A stretch of 64,000 nucleotides of DNA from Kofleriaceae bacterium (lineage in GTDB: Bacteria; Myxococcota_A; Polyangia; Haliangiales; Haliangiaceae): NCBI GenBank assembly GCA_965215005.1, contig CBDCCZ010000003.1:96001-160000 (forward strand), read 5' to 3'. Below, one piece after another: positions 1 to 10,264 of the stretch. A program made the translations under genes and the position numbers. The notes below the pieces were generated by a model, which was given only the letters and a program-made list of their open reading frames with translations, did no database searches and was not told the DNA's origin. The stretch's first letter is position 1. Each line of letters opens with the position of its first letter.

Positions 1-1700
1 AAATCCACCAGTGCATCACGCAGTGAAACGCCAGTGTCTTGTTTGGAGGTGTTGCGCTTGAGCACTTCGAAGCCCGAGCCGCCACGCGAGATGTAATCAT
101 TGACCGCTGCGCGATAGAGCCCCGTGGGAACCACTGGCGTGCAGCGCGCGGGGTCGATGGGGCCGTCGGGATCGCCGTTGCGACAGTCCTCGCCCAGATA
201 GATGTTTTTGGCGCAGGCACTCGCCCCGCCTGGGCACTCGCCACTGCACACCATGTCGAACCAGATTCCCGCCATCTGCGCTTGCGTGCGACAACCGCGA
301 ACCGCCGACCGGCGGGAAATGAAGTCGAGTGTTTCCTGAATCTCGAGTCCAGAGAGGTACATCACCGTGATGCTGTTCTCGAACGGAAACACGTTGAACA
401 TCTGCTCGATGGTGAGCGGACCGCGCTCGAAGTCGGCCCGGATGCCAAGCGAGTTGGTCAACGCGAACTCGGCCTCGACCCCAGCGCGAACTTGCATGGC
501 CCGAGCGACCATGTTGCCGAGCTGCGAGTCGCCGCCGCTGCTGTCGTTGCGGATCACCTTGCTGCCGTCTGGAGTGGCCGCGTAGGCAAACACGCCATCG
601 AGGTCTATCGACTGATTGATCGCCAGCGAGTAAGGCTCGAGGAGCTCGCTGATATCGCGATCAGCGGGCACCGTGGAGTCGACTGGCAGCAGATCATACG
701 AGAAGGCGGTCACTTTGCTGCGGCGCGCGGGATCCGCATTGTCCTCACCGATCCGCACCACCAGGTCGAGGCGACCGACGTACTTAGCAAACGCTCCTGA
801 GTGGGCGATGACCGTCTGGTTGCCGTTCTGGTCGTTGGGAACCACCTTCGGCGGATTGAGGACGATATGCAGGTGGCCGCCGAGAATCACGTCGACGCCG
901 GCGAGCGGCAGATTCTCGTTCTTGTCGCTCACCTGATGACCGCCGAGCCCTTCGTCCTCGTCGAGCCCCAGATGCGAAAGCAAGATCAAGACGTCGACCT
1001 GCGGCCGAAGCAGCCGCACGTATTGCTCGACCACCTGCGCATCCTCGAGCGGCCGAATCCCCAGCGAGTTGCCACCCTCGAAGATGCCGGTCATGGACGA
1101 CCAGTTGGCCATGCCGATCACGCCCACCGTCACCCCGTCGACATCGTAGATGGCGTAGGGAGCCGCGACATCGGGCAACCAGGTCGATTCGGGATTGGGC
1201 GCATCTTCGTAAAGATAGTTGGCGGCCAGCGTCGGAAATTGCGCCCAGTTATCGATTTGCTCGACCAGATTGGAGCTGCCCAGGTCGAACTCGTGGTTGC
1301 CGATGACCGCGCCATCGAGCCCCATCTCGCTGAGCGCGCGCATCTCCGCCTCGCCCTTGAACATGTTGAAGATGGGCGCACCCTGGAAACAATCGCCCGA
1401 GTCGAGCCACAGCGAGCGCCCGGCCGCGGCTCGCTCGCGCTTGATGATGGTGGCCATCCGAGCAACCCCACCGAAGGGGCCATTTTGCGGCAACAGACCG
1501 TTGTCGCGTTCGAACCGATTTGGCACGAAGTTGTATGGGAACAACCGCGAGTGGATATCGGAGGTGTGGATGAGGGTAAGCCGCACGTCTTGCCCGCGCA
1601 GGTTGGGCGGCTCGCGGCTCACCGTGCATCCGGTGACAAGCAGGCTGGCCGCGACGAGCGCGTAAACGAGTGCTGCGATGGCTACGCCCCGATGTCTCAC
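1..1700 (-). CDS. 5'-nucleotidase / UDP-sugar hydrolase family metallophosphoesterase lipoprotein (3' end runs off the window)
   Basis: Absent from the ORF track because its stop lies outside the window. Manual translation from GTG at 1700 (GGAGG upstream) gives MRHRGVAIAALVYALVAASLLVTGC (lipobox), then IHTSDIHS, LDSGDCFQG and IGNHEFDLG calcineurin-like motifs. Confidence 0.88.
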   Translation of the reverse strand, partial: MRHRGVAIAALVYALVAASLLVTGCTVSREPPNLRGQDVRLTLIHTSDIHSRLFPYNFVPNRFERDNGLLPQNGPFGGVARMATIIKRERAAAGRSLWLDSGDCFQGAPIFNMFKGEAEMRALSEMGLDGAVIGNHEFDLGSSNLVEQIDNWAQFPTLAANYLYEDAPNPESTWLPDVAAPYAIYDVDGVTVGVIGMANWSSMTGIFEGGNSLGIRPLEDAQVVEQYVRLLRPQVDVLILLSHLGLDEDEGLGGHQVSDKNENLPLAGVDVILGGHLHIVLNPPKVVPNDQNGNQTVIAHSGAFAKYVGRLDLVVRIGEDNADPARRSKVTAFSYDLLPVDSTVPADRDISELLEPYSLAINQSIDLDGVFAYAATPDGSKVIRNDSSGGDSQLGNMVARAMQVRAGVEAEFALTNSLGIRADFERGPLTIEQMFNVFPFENSITVMYLSGLEIQETLDFISRRSAVRGCRTQAQMAGIWFDMVCSGECPGGASACAKNIYLGEDCRNGDPDGPIDPARCTPVVPTGLYRAAVNDYISRGGSGFEVLKRNTSKQDTGVSLRDALVD

Positions 1701-1781
1701 GATACTTCCTCCGCGCACGGCGGCACGGTATACGCGCGCTGCCGGGCCCGACGCAAGCGTTTTATGATTTAGACTCGCCGC

Positions 1782-3194
1782 ATGCGACGCGCGAAGATCG
1801 TGTGCACCCTGGGTCCGGCTACCTCGACCGCCGAGCGCATCGGCGAGCTCATCGACGCCGGCATGGACATGGCTCGGCTGAACTTTAGCCACGGCACTCA
1901 CGAGAGCCACGAACAAACCCTGTATAGGGTGCGCAGTGAAGCCGAGAAGCGCGGCCGCGCGGTGGCGGTGCTACTCGATTTGCAAGGGCCGAAGATTCGC
2001 GTAGGTACGTTCGCAGACGGCAAGGTCAACCTCGAGCCGGGCGCCGAGTTCATCATCACCACCGAAGACGTCGTTGGCGATGCGCATCGGGTCTCTACCT
2101 CGTATCAAGGGCTGCCAGGTGACGTTCGTGTTGGCGATCAGTTACTCCTCGATGACGGCTACTTGTCATTGACGGTCACCGACGTGGTCGGCGCCGAGGT
2201 CAAGACGTTGGTGGTCTCCGGCGGCGTGCTCAAGAACAACAAGGGGATCAACCTTCCTCACGTCGAGGTATCGGCGCCCGCGCTCACCGAAAAAGACCGC
2301 GCCGACTTGGCATGGGGGCTGCGCCACGGGGTGGATTACCTCGCGCTGTCGTTCGTGCGCTCGGCGGCCGATGTTCGCGAGGCGCGGCTGCTCGCCACCG
2401 CCGATGAGCAGCGAATTCCCATCATCGCCAAGATCGAGAAGCCGCAGGCAGTGGAGTGCCTCGACGCCATCATCGAAGCGGCCGACGGAATCATGGTGGC
2501 CCGCGGCGATCTCGGCGTGGAGATGGGTCCCGAGAAGGTACCCATCATTCAAAAGGAGCTCATCGAAAAGACCAACCGCGCCGGCAAGGTGGTGATCACC
2601 GCGACGCAGATGCTCGAGTCGATGATCAATCAACCTCGACCGACTCGCGCCGAAGCCTCCGACGTCGCCAACGCCGTGCTCGACGGCACCGACGCTTTGA
2701 TGCTCTCAGGAGAGACCGCCGCCGGCAAGCACCCGATTGAGAGCGTGCGGACGATGAGCCGCATCATTCGGGAGGTCGAGAAGAGCCATCACTATCGCTC
2801 CAACATCGAGATCCCGTCGATGGAGCTGCCGGTGAGCGCCAACGCCATCGCGCACGGTGCCGTGATAGCCGCCTGGGAAATGAAGGTGAGCACCATCGTC
2901 GCAGTAACCGAGTCCGGTGGCGCTGCGCGGCTGATGAGCGAGTATCGCCCGGAAGCGGCGATCATCGCCTGCACCAGCAACGAGACCACGTTTCGCCGAC
3001 TGGCGCTGCACTGGGGCGTCACGCCGATCCTCATCTCGCCGTGCGCCACCATCGACGAGCTGCTCGAGCGCATCGAGCGAACGCTGGTGACACGAGGCGC
3101 CGTGCACACCGGAGAGCGGCTGGTCGTGACCATGGGCTTTCCGGTCGGCTCAGGCGAGACGACCAACATGCTCAAGATCCACAAAGTCGGTTGA
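1782..3194 (+). CDS. pyk: Pyruvate kinase
   Basis: [57 protein letters not shown] motifs; 470 aa. Confidence 0.97.
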   Translation: MRRAKIVCTLGPATSTAERIGELIDAGMDMARLNFSHGTHESHEQTLYRVRSEAEKRGRAVAVLLDLQGPKIRVGTFADGKVNLEPGAEFIITTEDVVGDAHRVSTSYQGLPGDVRVGDQLLLDDGYLSLTVTDVVGAEVKTLVVSGGVLKNNKGINLPHVEVSAPALTEKDRADLAWGLRHGVDYLALSFVRSAADVREARLLATADEQRIPIIAKIEKPQAVECLDAIIEAADGIMVARGDLGVEMGPEKVPIIQKELIEKTNRAGKVVITATQMLESMINQPRPTRAEASDVANAVLDGTDALMLSGETAAGKHPIESVRTMSRIIREVEKSHHYRSNIEIPSMELPVSANAIAHGAVIAAWEMKVSTIVAVTESGGAARLMSEYRPEAAIIACTSNETTFRRLALHWGVTPILISPCATIDELLERIERTLVTRGAVHTGERLVVTMGFPVGSGETTNMLKIHKVG

Positions 3195-3276
3195 CGGGAC
3201 GCCGCAGCTCAGCGCCTTGAGTGGCGCGAGCACGACGCGGGCCAGCGTCTTCGGACGTCACGGGATGCCAGTCAAG

Positions 3277-4224
3277 CTACCGCGCTGCGAGATCGCCTGC
3301 TTCGGAGAGCTCGTTCGAAGAAGATGGCAGCCCCTTTAGCGCGTGCTCGCGAAAATGACGGCGGATGAAGAGGACAAAGGCGCGAACGGCCGGCGAAAGA
3401 TGGCGGCGGCTGGGATAGACGATCCAGATGCTGCCGGCGGAGGGACATGCGCGCGGCAGGACGGCGCGCATGGTACCGGCTGCCAACTCGCTAGCGCAGA
3501 TCATCTCAGGCATTAGAGCGATGCCCACATTGGCCAGAACCGCCTGCTTGATAGCGACCCAATTATTCGTCGCTAGGCGCGCAGTGATCGGGGTCTTGAC
3601 GAGGTTGCGACCGCGGCGCAGCGACCAGTTGGCGTCGATGGTGTCGAGACCGAATAGAAGGCAGTTGTGGTCGCGCAGGTCGGCAACCCCTGCTGGCGTG
3701 CCTCGCTGTTGCAGATAGGCCGGCGTCGCGACCATCGCGTAGCGGGTCTCGCAGAGGCGGTGGCCGCCTAGGGACGAGTCGGCGCGGACGCCGGCGCGGA
3801 TCGCGGCGTCGTAGCCTTCTCCGGCCAAATCAATATAGCGGTTGGTGAGGTCGAGCTCGAGGTGCACCTCCGGATGCGCAGCCAGAAAATGAGCCATCAT
3901 GGCGCCCGAGCCAGATAGCTCGACGGGGGCGGTTACCCGTACACGTCCCCTTGGCTCGGTTTGGCGCTCGGCGAGCTCCTGCTCGGCGGCATTCAACCCT
4001 TCCAAGAGGGCGGCGCCATGCTGATAGTACGTGCGACCCGCTTCCGTGAGGCTGAGCTTGCGAGTCGTGCGATGAAGGAGCCGAGCGCCGAGCGACTCCT
4101 CGAGCCGAGCGACGCGACGGCTTACGGCCGAAGTAGGCAGGCTGAGCCGACGCGCAGCGCCGCTGAAGCTGCCGGCATCAACGACGTGGGTGAACACGGC
4201 AACATCGTTGAGATCCCGCTTCAT
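3277..4224 (-). CDS. LysR-family transcriptional regulator
   Basis: N-terminal HTH (SFSGAARRL...SAVSRRVARLEESLGARLLHRTTR) plus substrate-binding domain; divergent from the DoxX gene. Start placed at ATG 4224. Confidence 0.93.
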   Translation of the reverse strand: MKRDLNDVAVFTHVVDAGSFSGAARRLSLPTSAVSRRVARLEESLGARLLHRTTRKLSLTEAGRTYYQHGAALLEGLNAAEQELAERQTEPRGRVRVTAPVELSGSGAMMAHFLAAHPEVHLELDLTNRYIDLAGEGYDAAIRAGVRADSSLGGHRLCETRYAMVATPAYLQQRGTPAGVADLRDHNCLLFGLDTIDANWSLRRGRNLVKTPITARLATNNWVAIKQAVLANVGIALMPEMICASELAAGTMRAVLPRACPSAGSIWIVYPSRRHLSPAVRAFVLFIRRHFREHALKGLPSSSNELSEAGDLAAR

Positions 4225-4297
4225 CGTTGCCACCATAGCAAAGGACTCTTCTCCTCCTGGGATCTACTGTCGCTGCGGCAACAGCGCTAGGTTTGGC

Positions 4298-4319
4298 TCA
4301 CTCATAGGTCACTCATAGG
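4298..4319. repeat. 11-bp tandem duplication TCACTCATAGG x2 just upstream of the DoxX RBS
   Basis: Read directly: tcactcatagg tcactcatagg agaggacatc ATG. Confidence 0.6.
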
Positions 4320-4329
4320 AGAGGACATC

Positions 4330-4782
4330 ATGGATAAGCTAACTCGCTATGCGCCCATTGTTGCCCGCGTGCTGCTAGGCCTCGTGTTCCTGGTCTTCGG
4401 CCTCAACGGCTTTCTAAACTTCATTCCGCAGCCGCCGATGGAGGGGCAAGCCGCCGCTTTTATGGGCGGGCTCGGCGCCAGCGGCTACTTCTTTCCGCTG
4501 CTCAAGGCCACGGAGGTCGTTGTTGGCGCGCTGCTGCTCGCCGGCGTATTCGTGCCTCTGGCCCTGCTCGTGCTGGCGCCAGTCACCCTCAACATCCTTG
4601 CGTTCCACGCATTCTTAGCTCCCGCGGGATTGCCAATGGCGGTCATCCTGATCGCTCTGCACCTGTATCTGGCGTACGCCTATCGAGGCTCGTTCCGCGG
4701 TGTCCTGAATTCTGCCGCCAAGCCCGCGAATGCTCGGCCCGCGGAGTCCAGAGCCGAGCGCGTCCCAGCTCCCGCACGCTGA
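4330..4782 (+). CDS. DoxX-family membrane protein
   Basis: ARVLLGLVFLVFGLNGF...E..G.LLL.G...PLAL..L.P..LNI..FH pattern, four hydrophobic segments, AGGAGAGG RBS. Confidence 0.85.
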   Translation: MDKLTRYAPIVARVLLGLVFLVFGLNGFLNFIPQPPMEGQAAAFMGGLGASGYFFPLLKATEVVVGALLLAGVFVPLALLVLAPVTLNILAFHAFLAPAGLPMAVILIALHLYLAYAYRGSFRGVLNSAAKPANARPAESRAERVPAPAR

Positions 4783-4829
4783 CAGGTGGCCGCCAGCTGC
4801 ATCGCAGGCGCGCGGCTGACGCTGGCCGC

Positions 4830-4895
4830 AAATACGTGGCCGGCGGCAGCCGCGACAGCGCTAAATACGTAGCCGGCGGCAGCCGCGACAGCGCT
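4830..4895. repeat. 33-bp tandem repeat, 2 copies with 1 mismatch
   Basis: aaatacgtggccggcggcagccgcgacagcgct / aaatacgtagccggcggcagccgcgacagcgct, between convergent genes. Confidence 0.85.
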
Positions 4896-4911
4896 AGTGA
4901 GCGGGGTCAGC

Positions 4912-5955
4912 TTAGGGCGCGGGCGCCTTCTTGATGATGACCTCGAATACGAACTTACCAGCCCAGGTGACCGTGAGCTTATAGTCATTGTTGGAGGCAG
5001 GGAGAGTCCATTTAGCGGTCGTAGTAACGCCAGCAGCAGATTTCACCCATTTCGACGCCGGGACGGTCACTGCTTTGCCCCCCGCTTTTTTAGCCTTCAG
5101 AGCCGTGGCGGGGTTGGGTAGCGTCTTTACGTCGCCATCGAATCCAGGATACCTGAGTCGGATGGTCACTTTGTCGCCAGGCCCAGGCCCTCCAGTGACT
5201 TCGATATCCGGTCGTCCTGGGTCCGTTGCGAGGTTCTTGTCATATAACCGACGCGCTGCTTTCTTGTCGCCAGCAGACAGCGCTGTGGCGGTGACCCGAT
5301 TTGCCTTACAGTAGTTCATGATGGAGGCCGCATCGAACGAGTCGATCACGAGCCCTCCCCCCGGTGCATACGGCTGATCCTTATCACACGGCTTAGGCAC
5401 ATCCGATCGATCTTGTTCGTGTCGAAGGCCAATAGCGTGGCCAAACTCGTGAATAGCAATCGCCTTGATGCACTTCTCGCGGTTGGCTTCGGACTTCAAG
5501 CACGGGTCGAGGAAACCGGCAATACCGGTCCCATTCCAAATAGCATCCTGTCCAGCCAGATCGAATGACAGCTGCATACTCGGAAAGTTCTTCTTGGAGC
5601 TATTTCCGAAGTACGAGAATGGACCATTCGCGTTATTTTCGATAGCAATCGAGATCCCGTTAGACCCACCGTTGCACTTCCCCCACCCTGTAAACTTGAG
5701 CTTTGGATTTGCGGCCGTCCAACTATTGGTGATCGCTTGCCTCACCCAAGCTTTCCCCTTGTCGTAACCATCCGTTACCCAACAAACCGGAATGTTCCCC
5801 GGATTGCCCCAAAGCACGCCGGGCTGAATAATGGCATCGGAATCCTCGACACCAGGCTCATCCTCGAGCATGTCGAGCTCACCAAGACAGCCGCCTATGA
5901 GCAGCGTCGATAGCATGAGCGCAAACAATCCACCAGAAGCTCGTTCTCGCAACAT
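4912..5955 (-). CDS. Secreted metzincin zinc metalloprotease lipoprotein
   Basis: Lipobox LIGGC, HEFGHAIGLRHEQ zinc motif, Met-turn SIMNY, beta-rich C-terminal domain. Start at ATG 5955 with upstream AGGA/GAGG. Confidence 0.85.
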   Translation of the reverse strand: MLRERASGGLFALMLSTLLIGGCLGELDMLEDEPGVEDSDAIIQPGVLWGNPGNIPVCWVTDGYDKGKAWVRQAITNSWTAANPKLKFTGWGKCNGGSNGISIAIENNANGPFSYFGNSSKKNFPSMQLSFDLAGQDAIWNGTGIAGFLDPCLKSEANREKCIKAIAIHEFGHAIGLRHEQDRSDVPKPCDKDQPYAPGGGLVIDSFDAASIMNYCKANRVTATALSAGDKKAARRLYDKNLATDPGRPDIEVTGGPGPGDKVTIRLRYPGFDGDVKTLPNPATALKAKKAGGKAVTVPASKWVKSAAGVTTTAKWTLPASNNDYKLTVTWAGKFVFEVIIKKAPAP

Positions 5956-6180
5956 CCTCAACGTCCTTTCGTGTGTGCAATCCCGGCTGATCTGGTGAGT
6001 ACCGTACTCGCTGCGCCCACGTTGACGCCTTAATTCGAGCTTAAGCCTATGATGCTGCCGCGACGAGTCGGCGCCATTCCACCACACAACACCGCGGCTT
6101 CAGCCGCCTACGCGCCCACGGCCGCTAGCGGCGATTGCGTCGAAGGGCTGCGAAACTTCTCCGGTTGACGCAGGTGGACG

Positions 6181-6795
6181 TCACGGAGCTCTCGTGACGA
6201 GCGCGATCCAAGCAGAATACGGAACTGCAGAGGTTGAGTGAAACTCCGCGGACCTGATCCACTCCACTGTCCAAGCTCCTTCAGCGAAGCAGGAGCGCAG
6301 CTCGGCTTCGCTGAGCTGGTGAGGACCTGGTCCGCGAACTCGGCGCGTATCGCTGAAGCAGTGGACTAGGAGCTTTCCGTCTGGCTTCAACGCTGCCGCG
6401 AGCGCGGCGACGTACGCGCGTGCCGCAGGCGGGTTGAACTGGTGCAAAAGGCCGCTGTCGAGTATCGCGTCGAAGGGTGCACCTGGTAGCACCTGGGCAC
6501 GCATCGCGTCGCCGACCACGAACTCCGCGCGCTCGCCAATGTGCGCCGCGCGCAGCCGCGCCGTGCGTATGGCTCGTTCGACGGCGTCAACTCCGGTGAC
6601 ATGGTAGCCACGCTCGGCGAGATAGATGGCGTTGTCACCAGTGCCACAACCGACATCGAGCACGCGGGCACCAGCCGGCAGCGCGCCCTCATCGATGACT
6701 TTGACGAGGTCGGGTTGAGGTTTTCCTATTGCCCACTCGGCGAAACCGAATCGATAGGATGCTTCGAAGAACAGATTCCGCAGAGTGCTTTTCAT
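6181..6795 (-). CDS. Class I SAM-dependent methyltransferase
   Basis: W.IG.PQP, VLDVGCGTG, FDAILDSGLLH, LKPDG motifs. Confidence 0.9.
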   Translation of the reverse strand: MKSTLRNLFFEASYRFGFAEWAIGKPQPDLVKVIDEGALPAGARVLDVGCGTGDNAIYLAERGYHVTGVDAVERAIRTARLRAAHIGERAEFVVGDAMRAQVLPGAPFDAILDSGLLHQFNPPAARAYVAALAAALKPDGKLLVHCFSDTRRVRGPGPHQLSEAELRSCFAEGAWTVEWIRSAEFHSTSAVPYSAWIALVTRAP

Positions 6796-6847
6796 GCTCA
6801 CGAGCCTGCCCGCCAACGGCCTCTCGGACAATCCATGCATCAGCGGA

Positions 6848-7768
6848 CTATCTGTCCGTACGCAGCGGACGACTCTTCCGAGGCGCCTTCCGCTTCGGGA
6901 CCGGCGAATGCGTACCCGGTTCCACGGCTCCGGCAGTGACAGCGACGGTTTCCAAGAATCGCCGGGTCCGGGGTGCCAAGAAACGCCCCGCCGGATAAAT
7001 GGCGTGAATCTCTGACACTTTCGCCGCTTTGCCCTCAAATAATAAGACGAGTCGGCCCGCCCGAATGTCCTGGGCAACCAGCAGGCTTGGGAGACGTGCG
7101 ACTCCTATCCCTTGCCGTGCTGCTACGAGGGCGGCGCGCGCGGAGTTCACTCGGAGTACCGGCGGCACCGGTTGCTCGCGTGCTCCGCGTGAGGTCCAGT
7201 CGATCCAGCGCTCGAGTCGATCGGGCGCAGTAGGCGCACCGTGTCGAGCGAGATAGCTAGGATGCGCAACGAAGTACGTCCGCGCCGGCAGAACTTTGCG
7301 CGCGATGAAGGACGTGTCGGCGGGCCGCTCATACCAGAACGCGACGTCGAAGCCTTCCTCCACGACGTTGACCGGGCGGTCCGCGAGATGCAAATCGACG
7401 GAGATGCGTGGCCACTCGGCAGTGAAGCGAGCGATTGCTTCGACCAGCACGATCTCGCCGAAGGTGACCGTCGACGCGAGCCGCAATTGGCCGGTCGGCT
7501 CGACGAGCCCCGCCTGGAGCTCTCGATTCGCTTCCTCTGCCTGCTCCAGAATCGCGACACACCGCGCGAAGTAGCGCTCTCCAGCCTCAGTAGGTCGCAC
7601 GCGTCTCGTCGTCCGCTCGAGGAGGCGAACGCCCAGGCTCGTCTCCAGGCGAGTGACCTGGTCACTCAACCCTTGCTTGCTCACGCCGAGCTGCCGAGCG
7701 GCTGCGGTGAAGCCGCCGCTCCGCACCACGGCGGTGAAGGCCGCCATTGTGTCGAAGTTGGGTTTCAT
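6848..7768 (-). CDS. LysR-family transcriptional regulator
   Basis: GFTAAARQLG...LETSLGVRLLERTTRRV HTH; EEGFDVAF substrate-binding domain. Confidence 0.9.
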   Translation of the reverse strand: MKPNFDTMAAFTAVVRSGGFTAAARQLGVSKQGLSDQVTRLETSLGVRLLERTTRRVRPTEAGERYFARCVAILEQAEEANRELQAGLVEPTGQLRLASTVTFGEIVLVEAIARFTAEWPRISVDLHLADRPVNVVEEGFDVAFWYERPADTSFIARKVLPARTYFVAHPSYLARHGAPTAPDRLERWIDWTSRGAREQPVPPVLRVNSARAALVAARQGIGVARLPSLLVAQDIRAGRLVLLFEGKAAKVSEIHAIYPAGRFLAPRTRRFLETVAVTAGAVEPGTHSPVPKRKAPRKSRPLRTDR

Positions 7769-7822
7769 CGCGGCGCCGGGCGCGGGCTACGCAACTATCG
7801 CCCGGTGAGTGCCATTGGCAGC

Positions 7823-8671
7823 TCAGGCTAGCTCAGCCAAGAGCCGACGCTCTTGACCGATTCGGTGTCCTGTCCAGCCGTAGGCGAATGGCAAATAGAG
7901 CCCGGTGATCGCCACGAGCAACACCGGAATGCCGATGAATCCGAGCCCCGGGACCAGCGAGGACAACACCACCCATCCGTAGGTACCCCAGCCCAGCCGG
8001 GCGCTCTCCTCGAGGCCGATCGCTCCAGTCACGAGAGCGCGACCATCGCAGATGGCGCAGTAGAACAGCACCAGGTGGCAGTGGCCGACGATGCACGCAC
8101 TCAGCACGATGTAGACGTCAAAGCCGTGGTGCGGAGCGACCTGCAACGTAAACAGAGAAACGGCTGCGTAATGGAGACTCAACGGCAACAGGATGCACAG
8201 CCCGCTGAGCCACAGCGTCACGCTCGGTGAGGCCGCGCCGTTGATCATTGCGAGGGCGCGGCCGCGGAGGTTCACGGCGCGCAGTTGCTGCAAACACTGG
8301 AACACTTCGCCTTGTACGCGCAGCTCCGCGGCCAACGCGCGATCGAAGGAGACTTTCGCCCACGCTCCAGCGCCTACGTAAAGCAGGACGGCAGCCACCC
8401 AACATGAACCAAGAAGAAGTGTCAGCTGCCCATCGGCCCCTTGAGCACCGACTGCAAGCGCGCGGATGACGCCAAACCCGAGAAGAGCTAGACCTCCCGT
8501 GGCGGCAGCCGCGCCTGCAACCGCACGGGATACGCGACGCGCATAGATTACTCGAAGGACCGGCGGCAGTGCCGCGAGCTCACGCTGGCGCTGCAGACGC
8601 AGGCGCCGCACCTGGAGGCGAGCGCCGACTGCCTCGTCGCGATAGATGCCGCGTCCGGCCTCTCGTATCAT
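7823..8671 (-). CDS. Hypothetical multi-pass membrane protein
   Basis: About 6 hydrophobic segments; no family recognised; start uncertain. Confidence 0.6.
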   Translation of the reverse strand: MIREAGRGIYRDEAVGARLQVRRLRLQRQRELAALPPVLRVIYARRVSRAVAGAAAATGGLALLGFGVIRALAVGAQGADGQLTLLLGSCWVAAVLLYVGAGAWAKVSFDRALAAELRVQGEVFQCLQQLRAVNLRGRALAMINGAASPSVTLWLSGLCILLPLSLHYAAVSLFTLQVAPHHGFDVYIVLSACIVGHCHLVLFYCAICDGRALVTGAIGLEESARLGWGTYGWVVLSSLVPGLGFIGIPVLLVAITGLYLPFAYGWTGHRIGQERRLLAELA

Positions 8672-8922
8672 GGATAACTCCACGGTGTCCGTTGCCTCAC
8701 CTCCTAGCATAGCCGGCGACGCTGTGCCTGCACGCATTTTGCGCCTGGAGCGCCCGCCAACGCAGCACAACGCCGCGACAGGATTGCTCACGCGTGCAGC
8801 GGCCGCGCCGACGCGGGCAAGGGCGGCGGAGCTCGCTAGGCCACCCTTTTACGTCTCCGCTTCGAGGTTGCTTTTCGAGTGGTTTACGACGCACGACAGC
8901 AAACCGCTCGCGCTAGAACGGC

Positions 8923-9315
8923 TCAATCGGCCTTGAGCTCCAATGCTGCCGAATTGATGCAGTAGCGAACACCGGTGGGAGCAGGCCCATCAGGAAACGC
9001 GTGCCCCAGATGCGCATCGCAACGGGCGCACTTCACCTCGGTGCGCTCCATTCCCAGACTGGTGTCGCGCTGCGTCGCCACCATTTGCTCATCGACGGGC
9101 TCAGTGAAGCTCGGCCAGCCACTGCCCGAGTCGTACTTGTTGTTCGACGAGAACAGCGCCGTGCCACAACAGACGCAGCGATAGGTGCCCTGCTGCTTAC
9201 TGTCCCAGTACGCACCTGTGAAGGCGCGCTCGGTGCCACCTTCACGGGTCACGTGATACTGCTGAGGCGTGAGCTTCTCTCGCCACTCTCGATCGCGATC
9301 GTCTCGTTCTGACAT
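8923..9315 (-). CDS. msrB: Peptide-methionine (R)-S-oxide reductase MsrB
   Basis: [16 protein letters not shown] zinc ligands, [24 protein letters not shown] (Cys form). Confidence 0.96.
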   Translation of the reverse strand: MSERDDRDREWREKLTPQQYHVTREGGTERAFTGAYWDSKQQGTYRCVCCGTALFSSNNKYDSGSGWPSFTEPVDEQMVATQRDTSLGMERTEVKCARCDAHLGHAFPDGPAPTGVRYCINSAALELKAD

Positions 9316-9370
9316 CTCGGCATTGTAGGTCGATGCGTCCCGACGCGCACTCGACCGCGCCGCTGGCGCC

Positions 9371-9805
9371 TCAACCTGCGTGGTCGCCAATGAGCTCGTG
9401 CAGGTACGTGACCACCTGCCAAATTTCCTCATCCGTGAGCACCCCAGCCCACGCCGGCATTTGCGACTCCACCGGTTCGCCGTTGCCGCCCTCGGAGATG
9501 CGCCAGAAGTAGTAATCATCCTCGTGGTCGAGGCCGTGCTCGTGGAGGTCGGGGGGCGGTGGCTCGAGGCCACCGGCGAGTGGGCCGTCGCCGCTTCCCG
9601 TGTCCCCATGGCACGACGCGCACCGCTCCGAATAAATTGCGGCCCCCGCCGTCGCGGCGTCGGGATCGCCAGCGAGCGGATTGGTCATGCCCGCGTATTC
9701 CGCGGGTACGTCGGCCTCGTCTCCATGATCGTGGTCGTGGTCGTCGTGACCACAGCCGAAAGCTCCAAGGAACATCACGAAGCTAGTCCACAACAGGAGT
9801 TTCAT
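9371..9805 (-). CDS. Monoheme cytochrome c lipoprotein with His/Asp-rich linker
   Basis: Lipobox [24 protein letters not shown], distal MPAW. Confidence 0.88.
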   Translation of the reverse strand: MKLLLWTSFVMFLGAFGCGHDDHDHDHGDEADVPAEYAGMTNPLAGDPDAATAGAAIYSERCASCHGDTGSGDGPLAGGLEPPPPDLHEHGLDHEDDYYFWRISEGGNGEPVESQMPAWAGVLTDEEIWQVVTYLHELIGDHAG

Positions 9806-9889
9806 CGAATGAGCATACAGAGGTTCCACACAAGACAACAAGCACCGTACCGCTGCCCAAAGCCCGCCCGCTCCGCCGTTTTGGAAGCT

Positions 9890-10213
9890 TCACTCCCCGC
9901 GCAGCATGCGCTCGATCTCACGGCGAACCAGAGCCTCATCCTTGACGATCCGGTCGTCCACTGCAATGAGCGAGTCGATTTGCCGCAGTACTTCGTCGGG
10001 CGCCTGGCGCAGCAGCGGGAAGCTCGGAGCCGGAAGGCGCTTATCATCGCGCAAGCAGCGCTCGAGCTCCCGAACGTCTCCCTCGTCTGCACCTACCTGC
10101 TGCGCAAGGGTCATGACGTATTGCGCTTCTTCTTCCGCGACTTCTCGATCTGCCCAGGCGACCTCGATGAGCAGCTTGAGCGTCTCGAGTCCCAGTCGTC
10201 GTTGATCCACCAT
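9890..10213 (-). CDS. TerB-like small helical protein
   Basis: Two A.(A/V)D..(V/I)...E repeats (AWADREVAEEE, AVDDRIVKDE) typical of the TerB fold. Confidence 0.6.
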   Translation of the reverse strand: MVDQRRLGLETLKLLIEVAWADREVAEEEAQYVMTLAQQVGADEGDVRELERCLRDDKRLPAPSFPLLRQAPDEVLRQIDSLIAVDDRIVKDEALVRREIERMLRGE

Positions 10214-10264
10214 TCGACAATCGTACGACGAAGCTGCGACCAATGCGCCATCTTCGGGGGATTC

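Noticed and set aside
39..1772. Long plus-strand ORFs 39-800 and 801-1772
   Set aside because: Antisense shadows of the minus-strand 5'-nucleotidase gene. The TGA between them is not a recoding site.
8923..9315. msrB (and the dsbA-like gene) as additional selenoproteins
   Set aside because: Both have Cys codons at their catalytic positions and no in-frame UGA.
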